Source of the DNA: Kiritimatiellia bacterium
GTDB taxonomy: Bacteria > Verrucomicrobiota > Kiritimatiellia > CAIVKH01
Assembly (NCBI GenBank): GCA_023953695.1
Contig: JAMLJG010000010.1
Span: 3,069-67,068, forward strand
Reading direction: 5' to 3'
Length of the DNA stretch: 64,000 nt
Below, piece after piece: positions 48,134 to 58,983 of the stretch. How positions within the stretch are numbered: the first letter of the stretch is position 1; each line of letters opens with the position of its first letter. The notes under the pieces were generated by a model. That model made no database searches. It was not told the DNA's origin and was given only the letters and a program-made list of their open reading frames with translations. A program made the translations under genes and the position numbers.

Positions 48134-49354
48134 CTAGAACCGCAGTGCGGCCTTCCGCAACCGGTCTTCCAGCTCGGCAATCACGCGATCCTCATCGGCC
48201 GCATCCTTCGCTTCAAAGGTGGAGGAGAATCGGAGAAACGACCCCACATCATCCCACGGAACAGTCGAAACAGACCACTCGCGAATCAAAAACTGCGAGA
48301 CGTCCTCGGCCGATGAAAAGCGCGTATCGCCTGCAGCGACCGGCGCGCGCGTGTAGAGAAAGAAAGTGCCGCCCGGCATCTGCGCATCAAATCCCGCGCG
48401 CTGGAGCGCCGCCACGATCTTGGTGAGACGCCGCCGATAGTGCTCGCGAATGCTCTCCGACAAGCCAATGTCGGCAATGCCCGCGCACGCGGCCAGTTGA
48501 ATCGCCTTGAATTGACCGGAGTCGCAGTTGTCCTTCACCTCCGCAAAGGCCTGAACGGCCTTCTGCGCGCCCGCGACGAAACCGAGCCGCCAGCCGGTCA
48601 TGTTATAGCTCTTGCTCATCGAATGCAGCTCAATCGCCACCTCCTTGCCGCCGGGTCGGCTGAGAATGGAGAGGCGATCGCCATATATCAGCGTCGCATA
48701 GGCCGCATCCTGAACGATGAGAATGTTGTACTTTTTCGCGAAGGCAATCAGCTCGTCGAAGAACGCCACCGTCGGCGCCGTACCGGTCGGGTTGTTAGGA
48801 TAGTTGACGTAGAACAGCTTTGCGCGCTGCGCCAACGCAGGATCAATCGCCTTGAGATCGGGGAAAAATTCGTTCTCCTTCTTGAGCGGAATCTTGACCA
48901 CTTCGCCGCCAAGATACTTCGCGTGCGTCGCCAGCACCGGATAGCCGGGCACCGTCTGAAAAACCACATCGCCCGGATTCACAAAGCACAACGGCAACAT
49001 CGCCAGCGCGGGCTTCGACCCGATGCTGTGATTGATCTCGGTGTCCGGATCCAAATCGGAAACGCCGAAAAACTTCTCCATGTACTCGCCCGCCGCGAGC
49101 TTGAACTCGCGAATGCCGTTGTCCGCATAGCCGCGATTGGCCGGGTCATCAACCGCGCGCTTCAACGCATCGCGAATGGCCGCCGGGGCAATCTGATCCG
49201 GCTCGCCCACGCCGAAGTCGAGCAGCTCGACCTGCGGCCGCGCCGCGCGCGCCGCCGCCTTCGCGCGTTTGATCTTCTCAAACTTATAGATTTCGTTCCC
49301 GGTGCCAAACCGCGCGCCACCGATCCGCTCAGCAAATAGTGATTGTAGATCCAT
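48134..49354 (-). CDS. dapL: LL-diaminopimelate aminotransferase-type class I/II aminotransferase
   Basis: PLP-Lys region HSMSKSYNMTGWRLG, NYPNNPTG, and N-terminal FGVGEPD. 406 aa. Specificity is inferred from overall similarity to DapL-type enzymes. Confidence 0.75.
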   Translation of the reverse strand: MDLQSLFAERIGGARFGTGNEIYKFEKIKRAKAAARAARPQVELLDFGVGEPDQIAPAAIRDALKRAVDDPANRGYADNGIREFKLAAGEYMEKFFGVSDLDPDTEINHSIGSKPALAMLPLCFVNPGDVVFQTVPGYPVLATHAKYLGGEVVKIPLKKENEFFPDLKAIDPALAQRAKLFYVNYPNNPTGTAPTVAFFDELIAFAKKYNILIVQDAAYATLIYGDRLSILSRPGGKEVAIELHSMSKSYNMTGWRLGFVAGAQKAVQAFAEVKDNCDSGQFKAIQLAACAGIADIGLSESIREHYRRRLTKIVAALQRAGFDAQMPGGTFFLYTRAPVAAGDTRFSSAEDVSQFLIREWSVSTVPWDDVGSFLRFSSTFEAKDAADEDRVIAELEDRLRKAALRF

Positions 49355-49457
49355 AGCCAGCCCTTATACGAACCCTTCCCCGCGCCCGCAACGGGAATTG
49401 CAGACGCAAGCAGAGACCGGACGCATCTCCGCCCGGTCTCCGCGCACAATGCGTTGA

Positions 49458-49913
49458 TTACTTGATGGCGTTCCCGATGAACACCATGACAAACAAAGCG
49501 ACGGTTTCCACGATGCCGAGCGCCATCAGGTAGTTGCCAAAGCCCTTGCCCGTTTCCGCCATCGCGTCTGCTGCGCCCGCGCCAACCTTGCCCTGATACC
49601 ACGCGGACACGCCCATGGCGAGACCGCCAAAGATACCAGCGCCGATCATGGACCAGAACATCGCAGGGGTTTCGGCCGCCGCCTTGACAATGTTGTTCAT
49701 AAGAATCATGCCGTAGATTGTTTGAGACAGTGGCGCGCCGACAAACGTCACAAGGATGAACGGCGCGGCCTTGTTCTGCGCGAAGCATTTCTTCCACGCG
49801 CCAACGGCCGCCATGCCAGCCACGCCCGCGCCGAGGGCCGAGCCCACCGCCGCCAATGCCACCGACGCCGCCGCTCCCATCCGACCCAAACCCGCCATTA
49901 CTTCCGCTTCCAT
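49458..49913 (-). CDS. ntpK: V-type ATPase proteolipid subunit K (double hairpin)
   Basis: 151 aa with four TM helices. PLSQTIYG, YQGKVGAGA and IVETVALF motifs. Last gene of the V-ATPase operon. Confidence 0.9.
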   Translation of the reverse strand: MEAEVMAGLGRMGAAASVALAAVGSALGAGVAGMAAVGAWKKCFAQNKAAPFILVTFVGAPLSQTIYGMILMNNIVKAAAETPAMFWSMIGAGIFGGLAMGVSAWYQGKVGAGAADAMAETGKGFGNYLMALGIVETVALFVMVFIGNAIK

Positions 49914-49929
49914 GTCCGTATCCTTTCGT

Positions 49930-51696
49930 TCACTGGTCTACATTCTCTGAATTCAAACGAGCGAAGGGGCGATAAGGCACCCCGCTCCACTGTGTGCCCA
50001 AGTGCGCCGCAAATTCCAAGGTGTTCAATCGCACGCCGTGCACCAACACACCCATCGCGCACAGGAGGATGTTCAGCGCGTGCCCCGCAAACAAAATCAA
50101 TGCCGCCAACAGGCTGTACCCAATTCCGCGCCACCCGCCCGCCAGCACCATCTCATTAAACGCATTGGCCACGGCAAAACCAGCCACACCCACCGCATAC
50201 AGGCGTACATAGGACACCACGTCCACGAAATTGCTGACGAGGTTCAGCGGCAACATCACGAAGCTGAACCACTCGTGCTTGATCTGCTTCACCGGCATCA
50301 TAAACAGCACGATCAGCGCCACCGAAACCCAAAACACGTTGAGCATGAAGGACGGAAACGCATGGCCAATCACCATCATGCGCGCCATGAAAAACATCGT
50401 CCACGTCGTGCCAATCCAACCCAACTGCGCCAGCGCGCCAAGACTCGGCAACGAGCGCACCGCGTTCCACAAATGAGCAACCGACAACTGAATGGAACCG
50501 ATCATGAAGCACAGCAACATCACATTGTTGGTGTCTTTCAGCCACGTGATCGCGAAACCATCCAGCAGCGGAGGCAACCGACTCGCCCCCAGCCACGTGC
50601 CCGTAATCGTGCCCCACACCACGGTGCAAACGCTCATCACATACATCAACTGGAAGGGATACGCAGGGGCCTTGGGCATCTTCCGGCGCGCCCAATAGGT
50701 CAACGCAATGAACACCAAGCCATATCCCGCATCGCCGACGATCATTCCGAAAAAGATGCCGAGGAAGAGCAAGAAGACCGCGCTGCTTTCAATCTCCTTG
50801 TAGCCCGGCAAAACGCCGATGAAATCAAACACGGCCTTGATCGGCTTCACCCACGCCGGATAGCGAATCAGCGTCGGCACGCCATCCTCGTCGCTGGGCT
50901 CCTGAACCTGCAAGCCCCACCCGTTCTCCGCCGCCGCGCGCCGCAACCATTCAACCTTGTCGGATGGACAGAAGCCGCGCAGATAGGCAATCGCCGACTC
51001 GGCGCCCATCCCTTCGCGCGCCTCCAGAAAATGGACGGCCTCAAGCAACTCGTCGGCATATCGGCGGATCGAAGCTCCGTCTGCGGAGAAGCGCTGCACG
51101 GATTGATGTGTCTCGGCGAGTCGCGCTTCCAAATCGCCAATGCGTCGCTCAACCTCACTCAGCGGCAACTCGGGCATCTTCAATTCCTGCGCATCCAACG
51201 AAACGGGCTCGCGGCTCACTGCGGCAAAATAGGTGCCCGCCTTCGCTTTATTCAGAATCCGAATGGCAACGCCATCCGGCGCCTCCGGCCTGCGGCCAGC
51301 TCCCAGGAAATAGAGGCGAATATGAACTCCCTTCGCCGCCAACTCCGCCAGGGCCTGCGGATCAAAATTGCCGAACGGCAACAGCCGCGCGCGCTCTTGG
51401 CGCAGAGCCTCAAGCTCCTCACTGCACTCGCGCTGACGATCCAGCGCCGAAAGAATATTTTCAACGGCCTGTTCGACCGGCTCTCCACTCGCCACAGCTC
51501 CACTCGAGGCGGCGGGCAGCGCATCCAGAGCTCGGTTGACGCGCGCCAGGCGCGCGCGCGCTGCGTCCAAATCCTTTCCTTCCGGCGCCTGAACAGGCTC
51601 AAGATGCATCACGCCCCATTCGCGCAACGCGTCCAGCGTCGCCTCGCGATCAGAGGCGAGGCAAAGCAGCGCAACTTTTTGCATCGGCACAATCAT
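49930..51696 (-). CDS. ntpI: V-type ATPase subunit I (membrane stator a-subunit homologue)
   Basis: 588 aa. Soluble coiled-coil N-terminal half plus a polytopic C-terminal half with a conserved Arg region (SYVRLYAVG). Confidence 0.9.
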   Translation of the reverse strand: MIVPMQKVALLCLASDREATLDALREWGVMHLEPVQAPEGKDLDAARARLARVNRALDALPAASSGAVASGEPVEQAVENILSALDRQRECSEELEALRQERARLLPFGNFDPQALAELAAKGVHIRLYFLGAGRRPEAPDGVAIRILNKAKAGTYFAAVSREPVSLDAQELKMPELPLSEVERRIGDLEARLAETHQSVQRFSADGASIRRYADELLEAVHFLEAREGMGAESAIAYLRGFCPSDKVEWLRRAAAENGWGLQVQEPSDEDGVPTLIRYPAWVKPIKAVFDFIGVLPGYKEIESSAVFLLFLGIFFGMIVGDAGYGLVFIALTYWARRKMPKAPAYPFQLMYVMSVCTVVWGTITGTWLGASRLPPLLDGFAITWLKDTNNVMLLCFMIGSIQLSVAHLWNAVRSLPSLGALAQLGWIGTTWTMFFMARMMVIGHAFPSFMLNVFWVSVALIVLFMMPVKQIKHEWFSFVMLPLNLVSNFVDVVSYVRLYAVGVAGFAVANAFNEMVLAGGWRGIGYSLLAALILFAGHALNILLCAMGVLVHGVRLNTLEFAAHLGTQWSGVPYRPFARLNSENVDQ

Positions 51697-52292
51697 GCGG
51701 CCGTCTCCACCGACTTGCCTTTGGCCAATTTCGCGCGCGCGACTTCCGCCGTCTGCGCGTCGCCCAGAAAAATTCGAATCACACGGATATTCGCCTGCGC
51801 TTCCGGAATCTTCACCTTCTCAAAGAGATTCACACGCTGCGAAGTTGTCCTCAACTCTTCGCCCAACAGCCGATGCTGCTCAGCGAGGATTTCGTGCTCT
51901 ATCTGAAAGCGCACCAATCGCTCCACCACGTTGCGCCCATCGTCCACCCAGGAATCGGTCGCATAGAGATCCACGGCAACCGACTCGAAAACAACGTCCT
52001 GCAGAATCGGGATGTTCACGCCCGCGATATTCCCCGTCGTCGTGCGCACCTCGCGCAGCCGAACCCAAGCGGTAAAATCCACCGGCTCGCCAAACAGGCG
52101 AATCCACGCCCCCATCCCGGCCTGTAGCCGCTCCCCTTCGGTGCGCACTTCATCCATCCGCTGCTCAAGCTGGCGCATCTCCATCTGCAACTGCTGCTTC
52201 TTCAACAGCAGCGTCGGCAGATAGCGCTTGAACCGGCGCAACGCATCGCGCTGGGTCTTCAGCTCATTCTTGGTGTGTTTGATCTTGGCCAT
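51693..52292 (-). CDS. ntpD: V-type ATPase subunit D
   Basis: MAKIKHTKNELKTQRDALRRFKRYLPTLLLKKQQL is typical of V/A-ATPase subunit D. ATGA overlap with ntpI. Confidence 0.9.
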   Translation of the reverse strand: MAKIKHTKNELKTQRDALRRFKRYLPTLLLKKQQLQMEMRQLEQRMDEVRTEGERLQAGMGAWIRLFGEPVDFTAWVRLREVRTTTGNIAGVNIPILQDVVFESVAVDLYATDSWVDDGRNVVERLVRFQIEHEILAEQHRLLGEELRTTSQRVNLFEKVKIPEAQANIRVIRIFLGDAQTAEVARAKLAKGKSVETAA

Positions 52293-52374
52293 GACTATCT
52301 ATCGCGAGAAAGGAAGCGGTTGCCTTTCCTCGCGCTCGCACCTCGAACTCGTTTCGCAGTCGCCATCTCCGCCC

Positions 52375-53670
52375 TCAACCTTTCGGCCAATATTGATCCG
52401 TCATCTTGCTCGGAATCCCCGTCTCCGCCGGATCGAAACAATCCGCCAAAATCTGCCAACCGAGATCCAGCGCCTTCTCGAGCGGAATGTTCACCGTCAA
52501 ATCCATCATCTCGCGCTCAAAGCGAACGCCATACTTCAGGAGCTTTTGGTCCCACGCGCTCATGCGGAAACCCATCGCCTGCTTCTCCAACGTCTCGCGA
52601 TAGGACGCGTACAACTGGATCATCGAATTCATGATCGTGCGGTGATCCGCGCGCGTCTTGTCATTCACGAGCTGCTTCAAACGACTCAGCGAGCCGAACG
52701 GCTCAATGCGCCCATTGCGCAAATAGAACTGCCCCTCCGTGATGTAGCCCGTGTTGTCCGGCACCGGATGCGTCACGTCGTCGCCCGGCATGCTCGTCAC
52801 GGCCAGAATCGTAATCGAACCGGCAGTGTCGAAATCCACCGCCTTCTCATATCGCGAAGCGAGCTGGCTGTAGAGATCGCCCGGATAACCGCGGTTCGAC
52901 GGAATTTGCTCCATCGTGATCGCAATCTCCTTCATCGCATCGGCGAAGTTCGTCATGTCGGTCAACAGCACCAACACGCGTTTGTTCTGCAGTGCAAACT
53001 GCTCCGCCACCGCGAGCGAAATGTCCGGCACCATCAAACACTCCACCGTGGGATCCGCCGCCGTATGCACAAACATCACCGACCGCGTCAGCGCGCCCTT
53101 CTCCTCAAGAATATCGCGGAAATACAAATAGTCGTCGTGCTTCAACCCCATGCCACCGAGGATGATCACATCCACCTCGGCCTGCAGCGCAATGCGCGCG
53201 AGCAGCGGGTTATACGGCTCGCCAGCGACGGAAAAAATCGGGAGCTTCTGCGACTCGACCAGCGTGTTGAACACATCAATCATCGGAATGCCCGTCCGCA
53301 CCATATTGCGCGGAATAATGCGCTTCGCCGGATTCACCGACGGACCGCCAATCGGCGTCTCATTCTCGCTGATCACCGGCCCGCGATCGCGTGGCTGGCC
53401 CGACCCCGTGAAGATGCGGCCCAACAGCGCATCCGAAAACGGAATCTCCATCGGGTGTCCCAAAAAGCGGACCTGCGCATCCGTCATGATGCCACGGCCG
53501 CCCGCAAACACCTGCAGATACACGCGCTCGCCCTCGAGCCGAATCACCTGCGCGAGCGACGTGCCGTGCTCCGAGGTCACCTGCGCCAATTCGCGATAGC
53601 CAATCCCATCCGCGCGAACCACAATCACGTTTCCGGCGATTTGTTCGATTTGTTGATACGTCTTATGCAT
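52375..53670 (-). CDS. ntpB: V-type ATPase subunit B
   Basis: 431 aa. Non-catalytic nucleotide-binding-fold blocks [28 protein letters not shown] and PGRRGYPG-like [10 protein letters not shown]. Confidence 0.95.
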   Translation of the reverse strand: MHKTYQQIEQIAGNVIVVRADGIGYRELAQVTSEHGTSLAQVIRLEGERVYLQVFAGGRGIMTDAQVRFLGHPMEIPFSDALLGRIFTGSGQPRDRGPVISENETPIGGPSVNPAKRIIPRNMVRTGIPMIDVFNTLVESQKLPIFSVAGEPYNPLLARIALQAEVDVIILGGMGLKHDDYLYFRDILEEKGALTRSVMFVHTAADPTVECLMVPDISLAVAEQFALQNKRVLVLLTDMTNFADAMKEIAITMEQIPSNRGYPGDLYSQLASRYEKAVDFDTAGSITILAVTSMPGDDVTHPVPDNTGYITEGQFYLRNGRIEPFGSLSRLKQLVNDKTRADHRTIMNSMIQLYASYRETLEKQAMGFRMSAWDQKLLKYGVRFEREMMDLTVNIPLEKALDLGWQILADCFDPAETGIPSKMTDQYWPKG

Positions 53671-55405
53671 GAGCCGTCACCTCCGCCAACATCTGTGTGG
53701 CGCGGGTTTCCAGATTCTTAAATTCCGGACTGTCCTGCGGCACGCGATTCCAGTCCTTCACGAGCTGCGTCAAACGCTGGAAGAACTGGCGCGCCGCATC
53801 CTTCTCCGCAAAACGCAGCGGCGCCCTGAGCACGCCGTGAATCCGTTCGAACACATACTGCTGCCGCTCCGCCGGTGTCGCCGCATCCACTTCGTGATAG
53901 GCATCCTGCTGCAGATACACCGCGTCGAGAAACTCCGCCTTCAAATACACCACGAAATCGTCAATCGAAGTTCCCTCTTCCCCCACCACCTTCATCATCT
54001 GATTCACCTCGCCGCCGCGCCGCAACATCGCGCGCGCAAACGAAACCTGCTCGTCCGGAACCACCCCGCCATACTTGCTCCACGAATCGAGCGGCTGAAT
54101 CGCCGGAAAACGCCGCGCATCCGAACGCTCGCGCGAAAGCCCGTGGAACGCGCCCACCACCTTCAGCGTGCTCTGCGTCACCGGCTCCTCGAAGTTGCCA
54201 CCCGCCGGACTCACCGTTCCGCCAATCGTAACCGACCCGATCGAACCATCCCGCAACTTCACCACCCCCCCGCGCTCATAAAACGCGGCAATCACCGATT
54301 CCAAATAGGCCGGAAACGCCTCCTCGCCCGGAATCTCTTCCAAGCGGCCCGACATCTCGCGCAGCGCCTGCGCCCAGCGCGAGGTCGAATCTGCCAGCAA
54401 CAACACATTCAACCCCATCTGGCGATAGTACTCCGCCAGCGTCACTCCGGTATAAACCGACGCCTCGCGCGCCGCGACCGGCATCGAACTCGTATTGCAG
54501 ATGATCAACGTGCGCTCCATCAAACTCCGACCCGTCCGCGGATCCTCCAAATGCGGAAACTCGCGCAGCGTCTCCACCACCTCGCCCGCGCGCTCGCCGC
54601 ACGCCGCAATGATCACAATGTCCACATCCGCATAGCGACTCGTGATCTGCTGCAACACCGTCTTGCCCGCGCCAAACGGACCCGGAATGCAATAGGTCCC
54701 GCCGCGCGCCACCGGGAAAAAAGTGTCCACAATGCGCACCTTGGTCGTCAGCGGCTCTGTCGGCCGCAACCGCTCCACATACGCCTTGATCGGCATCTTC
54801 ACCGGCCAGCGCTGCATCAGCGAAACGGTGTGGAGGCGCCCCTGCTCATCCTTCAGCTTGGCCACCTCCTGCTCGACCGTGTACGCCCCGCCCGGCGCAA
54901 TTTCCTGCACCGTCAATTTCCCGCGCAGCCGAAACGGCGTCATGATGCGATGCTCAAAAATTCCCTCTGGCACCGCCCCCAGCGCATCGCCCGCCTGCAC
55001 CGTGTCGCCCACCTTCACCTTCGGCGTGAACGCCCACGTCTTCTTCCGATCAAGCGCCGGGAGATACTTGCCGCGCTGCAAAAAGAAACCGCTCTCCGCC
55101 GCCAACTCCGGCAGCGGATTCTGCAACCCGTCATAAATACTGCTCAGCAACCCCGGCCCCAACTCCACGCTCAACAATTCGCCGGTGAACTCCACCGCAT
55201 CGCCCACACGCAAGTCGCCCGTGTCCTCGAACACCTGCGCCTCCGCAATGTTCCCGCGAATGCGGATCACCTCCGCCTTCAATCGAAGTTCGCCGCTGTG
55301 CGCATAGGCCACTTCGTTTTGCGCCACAGGCGAGGAAAACTCGACACGCAACAGGTTTCCATTGATGCCCCTGATCTTGCCCAAATGTGTCGTTGTCATC
55401 GGCAT
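53663..55405 (-). CDS. ntpA: V-type ATPase catalytic subunit A
   Basis: Walker [33 protein letters not shown], and PAYL motifs. 580 aa. Confidence 0.95.
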   Translation of the reverse strand: MPMTTTHLGKIRGINGNLLRVEFSSPVAQNEVAYAHSGELRLKAEVIRIRGNIAEAQVFEDTGDLRVGDAVEFTGELLSVELGPGLLSSIYDGLQNPLPELAAESGFFLQRGKYLPALDRKKTWAFTPKVKVGDTVQAGDALGAVPEGIFEHRIMTPFRLRGKLTVQEIAPGGAYTVEQEVAKLKDEQGRLHTVSLMQRWPVKMPIKAYVERLRPTEPLTTKVRIVDTFFPVARGGTYCIPGPFGAGKTVLQQITSRYADVDIVIIAACGERAGEVVETLREFPHLEDPRTGRSLMERTLIICNTSSMPVAAREASVYTGVTLAEYYRQMGLNVLLLADSTSRWAQALREMSGRLEEIPGEEAFPAYLESVIAAFYERGGVVKLRDGSIGSVTIGGTVSPAGGNFEEPVTQSTLKVVGAFHGLSRERSDARRFPAIQPLDSWSKYGGVVPDEQVSFARAMLRRGGEVNQMMKVVGEEGTSIDDFVVYLKAEFLDAVYLQQDAYHEVDAATPAERQQYVFERIHGVLRAPLRFAEKDAARQFFQRLTQLVKDWNRVPQDSPEFKNLETRATQMLAEVTAHA

Positions 55406-55411
55406 TTGTTC

Positions 55412-55972
55412 CTATCCATAAACCTCAATCGTCTCGTCCGGCGCCGCGCGCACCTGCGCCACCGTCTCGTTCAAACGCGCGCGACCCGCCTCATCGTTCA
55501 ATTGCGCCCAGCGATGAGCCATCTTCAACTTCATCGCATACGCCAGCACCGCGCGCTCGCCAAACGGCGTCGTGCGCGACCACTCCTCCAGCAACTCCCA
55601 GCGATAGCGCTCAAAAACCAACTCGCGCTCCAGCGGATTCGGTTTTCCAAACGCCTCCGCCACCACCGACTCCACCTCGACGCTAAACCACCCCCCGCAG
55701 ACGGGCTTCAGGAACGGCGTCGCATCCTCATCCCGCCGCGCCGCGCGCGTGCGCGCAATCGCATTGCGCAACAAGACTTCCGCTGCCCGCAACGGCTCCC
55801 CCGCCGCGCCGCGCACCCCCTCGAAACCACGCTCCAGCGCCGCCTCCAGCGTGGCGACCAACTTCGCATCGAGCAGACGCCGCGCATCGGCGAGAAATAC
55901 TTCAAGTCCCACCGGCGGCACACCCGTCAGCGAGACGGGCGGCAGGCTGGCCATGAAGTAGTAGTAATTCAT
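55412..55972 (-). CDS. DUF2764 protein (V-ATPase operon-associated, subunit C-position)
   Basis: 186 aa helical protein between ntpE and ntpA. This is the position occupied by DUF2764 in Bacteroidetes/Chlamydia-type V-ATPase operons. ATGA overlap with ntpE. Confidence 0.6.
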   Translation of the reverse strand: MNYYYFMASLPPVSLTGVPPVGLEVFLADARRLLDAKLVATLEAALERGFEGVRGAAGEPLRAAEVLLRNAIARTRAARRDEDATPFLKPVCGGWFSVEVESVVAEAFGKPNPLERELVFERYRWELLEEWSRTTPFGERAVLAYAMKLKMAHRWAQLNDEAGRARLNETVAQVRAAPDETIEVYG

Positions 55973-56598
55973 TTAGCGCCGCCCTCGCGCGCCACCCGAT
56001 TCACCACCTCCGCCAAATGCGGACGCAGAAAGTTCGATAGCGCCTCCGCAATCGCCTCCGGCGTGAAATCGTGCGAAACGCGGCCGCCATCCATCGAAAT
56101 CTTGAACCCCTTGAGCACCCGCTCATCGCCCCGAATCGTCAGGCCCGTCTGCAATCGCTCCTGATACTTCGCCTGGAAAAAATTGATCAGCTTCTGCTGA
56201 TCCTCCTTGCTCACCAACATCTCAATCGAACGCTCGCGATCCGTGCGCCCCGCATAGCCCTCCGCCAGCTTCACCAGCATCTGCTGCACCGTCGCCTCAT
56301 CCAACGCCGCATTCGCCGCATCCGACGCGAGACTCCCCACCACATTCTCCACGCCCTGCCCCACCGTGATCAACACATCGCGCGCCGCCTGTTTCAGCGT
56401 CTGCAAACTGCGCTCCGTGTACTGCTGCGCATCGCGATCCGCCTTCTCCAAGCGAGCCTGCGCCTGCTTCTCCGCCTCCGCAATCAGCGCCGCCGCCTGC
56501 TTCTTCGCATTCGACACCAGCTCCGCAGCTTGCCGCTCACCCGTGTCCACGGCCTCTTTCTGAATGCGCTCGATCAAATGTTGTAGTTCTTCAGCCAT
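55969..56598 (-). CDS. ntpE: V-type ATPase subunit E
   Basis: Long N-terminal Ala/Glu/Lys/Gln coiled coil (EAEKQAQARLEKADRDAQQ) plus a globular C-terminus. First gene of the operon. Confidence 0.8.
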   Translation of the reverse strand: MAEELQHLIERIQKEAVDTGERQAAELVSNAKKQAAALIAEAEKQAQARLEKADRDAQQYTERSLQTLKQAARDVLITVGQGVENVVGSLASDAANAALDEATVQQMLVKLAEGYAGRTDRERSIEMLVSKEDQQKLINFFQAKYQERLQTGLTIRGDERVLKGFKISMDGGRVSHDFTPEAIAEALSNFLRPHLAEVVNRVAREGGAK

Positions 56599-56792
56599 TG
56601 GCGCCTCGCTTAATCCAGGTTCACAAATACTTCAGTCCGAAATAGCACGCTAAAAAATCCGCACAGCCGACGGTATAAGCCGCCGCATTCCAATGCAAAG
56701 GCAAACAAGACCCGCCCTGGAAAATCAGGTTTTCCCGTATATTCGCGGTTTTCTGCCCTTCGCCCCGTCAGACCCCGCCCGCATCCGGCGCC

Positions 56793-58973
56793 TCAAGGCA
56801 CCGGAAACTTCGCCGTCAACGCGACCACGTCCTTCCGAACCGCCTCAATCGCAGAATCGTTCTGCGGATCCTTCAGAATGCGCGCAATCAGCTCCGCAAT
56901 CTGACCCATCTCCGCTTCCTTCATCCCGCGCGTCGTCACCGCCGGCGTCCCCACGCGAATGCCCGAGGTCACAAACGCGCTCTTCGCATCAAACGGAATC
57001 GTATTCTTGTTCACCGTGATGCTCGCCTTGTCCAGCGCCGCCGCCGCATCCTTCCCGCTGATCCCAAGCGGCGTCAGATCCACCAGCATCAAATGATTGT
57101 CCGTGCCACCCGAGCAAATCCGCATCCCCGCCTTCGTCAACCCCGCCGCAACCGCCCGCGCATTCGCGACAATCTGCTTGCCATACTCGCGGAACGCAGG
57201 CTGCAGCGCCTCGTGGAAACACACCGCCTTCGCCGCAATAATGTGCATCAGCGGCCCGCCCTGAATCCCCGGAAACACCTGCTTGTCCACATCCGCCGCA
57301 AACTGCTCGCGACACAAAATCAACCCGCCGCGCGGCCCGCGCAACGTCTTGTGCGTCGTCGAAGTCACAAAATCCGCAAACGGAACCGGACTCGGATGCA
57401 CCCCCGCCGCAACCAACCCCGCAAAGTGCGCCATATCCACCATCAACAGCGCCCCCACACTGTCCGCAATCTCACGGAACCGCGCGAAATCCACCACCCG
57501 CGAATACGCGCTCCAACCCGCCACAATCATCTTCGGGCGATGCTTCAGTGCCAACTCCGCCACCTCGTCGTAATTGATCTGCTCCGACTCCTTGTCCACC
57601 CCATACGGCACCACCGTGAAATAGCGCCCCGAAAAGTTCATCGGATGCCCGTGCGTCAAATGCCCGCCATGCGCCAAATTCATCGCGAGAATCGTGTCCC
57701 CCGGCTGCAACACCGAGAAATATACCCCCATGTTCGCCTGACTCCCGCTGTGCGGCTGCACATTCGCATGATCCGCGCCAAACAACCGCTTCACCCGATC
57801 CAGCGCCAACCGCTCCGCATCATCCACATTCTCGCACCCGCCATACCAACGCTTGCCCGGATACCCCTCCGCATACTTGTTCGTCATGTTCGAGCCCGCC
57901 GCCTGGCGAACCGCCCGACTCGTATAATTCTCCGACGCAATCAACTCCAAGTTCTGGCGCTGCCGCACCTCCTCGTGCGTAATCGCGTGAAAAATCTCCG
58001 GATCCTTCACCGCCACCGAACCCAGCCCCGCCGCAAAACCCCCATCCGCATCCATCTTCCCCACGCGCCGCTCGTGACGCCCCCCCTCAAACGACGCCGC
58101 AAACCACGCATCCAAAATCCCCGGCAACGCCTTCGCATCCGTCGTCACCGCACCCAACGTCAACACATTCGCATTGTTGTGCTCCCGCGCCAACCGCGCC
58201 ATCTCCGGCGTCAACACCAGCGCCGCGCGCACCCCCGGATGCCGATTCGCCGCCATGCTCATCCCAATCCCCGTCTTGCAAATCAACACCCCCTGATCCG
58301 CCTCCCCATCCGCAACCCGCTGCGCCACCCCCTGCGCATAATCCGGATAATCCACCGACTCCGCCGAAAACGCGCCAATGTCCTCCACCGCCACCCCGCG
58401 CTCCGCCAGCAAACCCTTCACCCGCTCCTTCAACTCAATCCCGCCGTGATCCGCACCAATAACCATCTTCATGACTTTTCGTTTCTCCCTCGTCCCGCTC
58501 AATTCCTTTGTTTCATCCAAAACCGAAACCAACACATCCGCCATCGCCCGCCCAATCTGATCCCGCGTATGGCGATACACATCCAGCGAACACCCAATCG
58601 GATCCGCAATATCCTCCCCACTCCGACGCACCCCAAAATCCGTCAACAACCGAACCCGCCCACGCGCCGAAGGAAACATCTGCTCCACCGCATACGCATG
58701 CCCCGCCGTCATCACCACAATCCACCGCGCCTCATCCACCAACGCGCGCGTCAACGGCCGACTCCGATGCCCCCCCGCATCAATCTCCCACTCCCGCAAC
58801 GCCACCACCGCCTCGCGACTCGCCGGCAACCCCGCCGCCGCCGCAACCCCCGCCGAAACCACCCGCCAACCCGGCCGAGCCCCCAGCCGATGCCGAAAAA
58901 TCGCCTCCGCCATCGGGCTCCGACAAATGTTCCCCGTACAAACAAACAAAATCGTGTGCTTCGCCGTCGCCAT
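56793..58973 (-). CDS. glyA: tri-domain fusion: LMW phosphotyrosine/arginine phosphatase + ribose-5-phosphate isomerase B + serine hydroxymethyltransferase
   Basis: A single uninterrupted frame of about 726 aa.
- aa 1-160: P-loop CTGNICRS and a DP motif.
- aa 169-308: RpiB ([25 protein letters not shown]).
- aa about 320-727: SHMT ([24 protein letters not shown]-Lys).
The track start 58976 is GTG; the ATG is at 58973. Confidence 0.85.
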   Translation of the reverse strand: MATAKHTILFVCTGNICRSPMAEAIFRHRLGARPGWRVVSAGVAAAAGLPASREAVVALREWEIDAGGHRSRPLTRALVDEARWIVVMTAGHAYAVEQMFPSARGRVRLLTDFGVRRSGEDIADPIGCSLDVYRHTRDQIGRAMADVLVSVLDETKELSGTREKRKVMKMVIGADHGGIELKERVKGLLAERGVAVEDIGAFSAESVDYPDYAQGVAQRVADGEADQGVLICKTGIGMSMAANRHPGVRAALVLTPEMARLAREHNNANVLTLGAVTTDAKALPGILDAWFAASFEGGRHERRVGKMDADGGFAAGLGSVAVKDPEIFHAITHEEVRQRQNLELIASENYTSRAVRQAAGSNMTNKYAEGYPGKRWYGGCENVDDAERLALDRVKRLFGADHANVQPHSGSQANMGVYFSVLQPGDTILAMNLAHGGHLTHGHPMNFSGRYFTVVPYGVDKESEQINYDEVAELALKHRPKMIVAGWSAYSRVVDFARFREIADSVGALLMVDMAHFAGLVAAGVHPSPVPFADFVTSTTHKTLRGPRGGLILCREQFAADVDKQVFPGIQGGPLMHIIAAKAVCFHEALQPAFREYGKQIVANARAVAAGLTKAGMRICSGGTDNHLMLVDLTPLGISGKDAAAALDKASITVNKNTIPFDAKSAFVTSGIRVGTPAVTTRGMKEAEMGQIAELIARILKDPQNDSAIEAVRKDVVALTAKFPVP

Positions 58974-58983
58974 CACTCAAAAC

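Noticed and set aside
56793-58973. Possibility that the three-domain gene is an annotation artefact of three overlapping genes
   Set aside because: I read across both junctions on the minus strand and found no stop codon or frame change ([10 protein letters not shown] at 58472 and GKMDADGG...DPEIF near 58020). The fusion therefore stands for this sequence, although a sequencing error cannot be excluded without reads.
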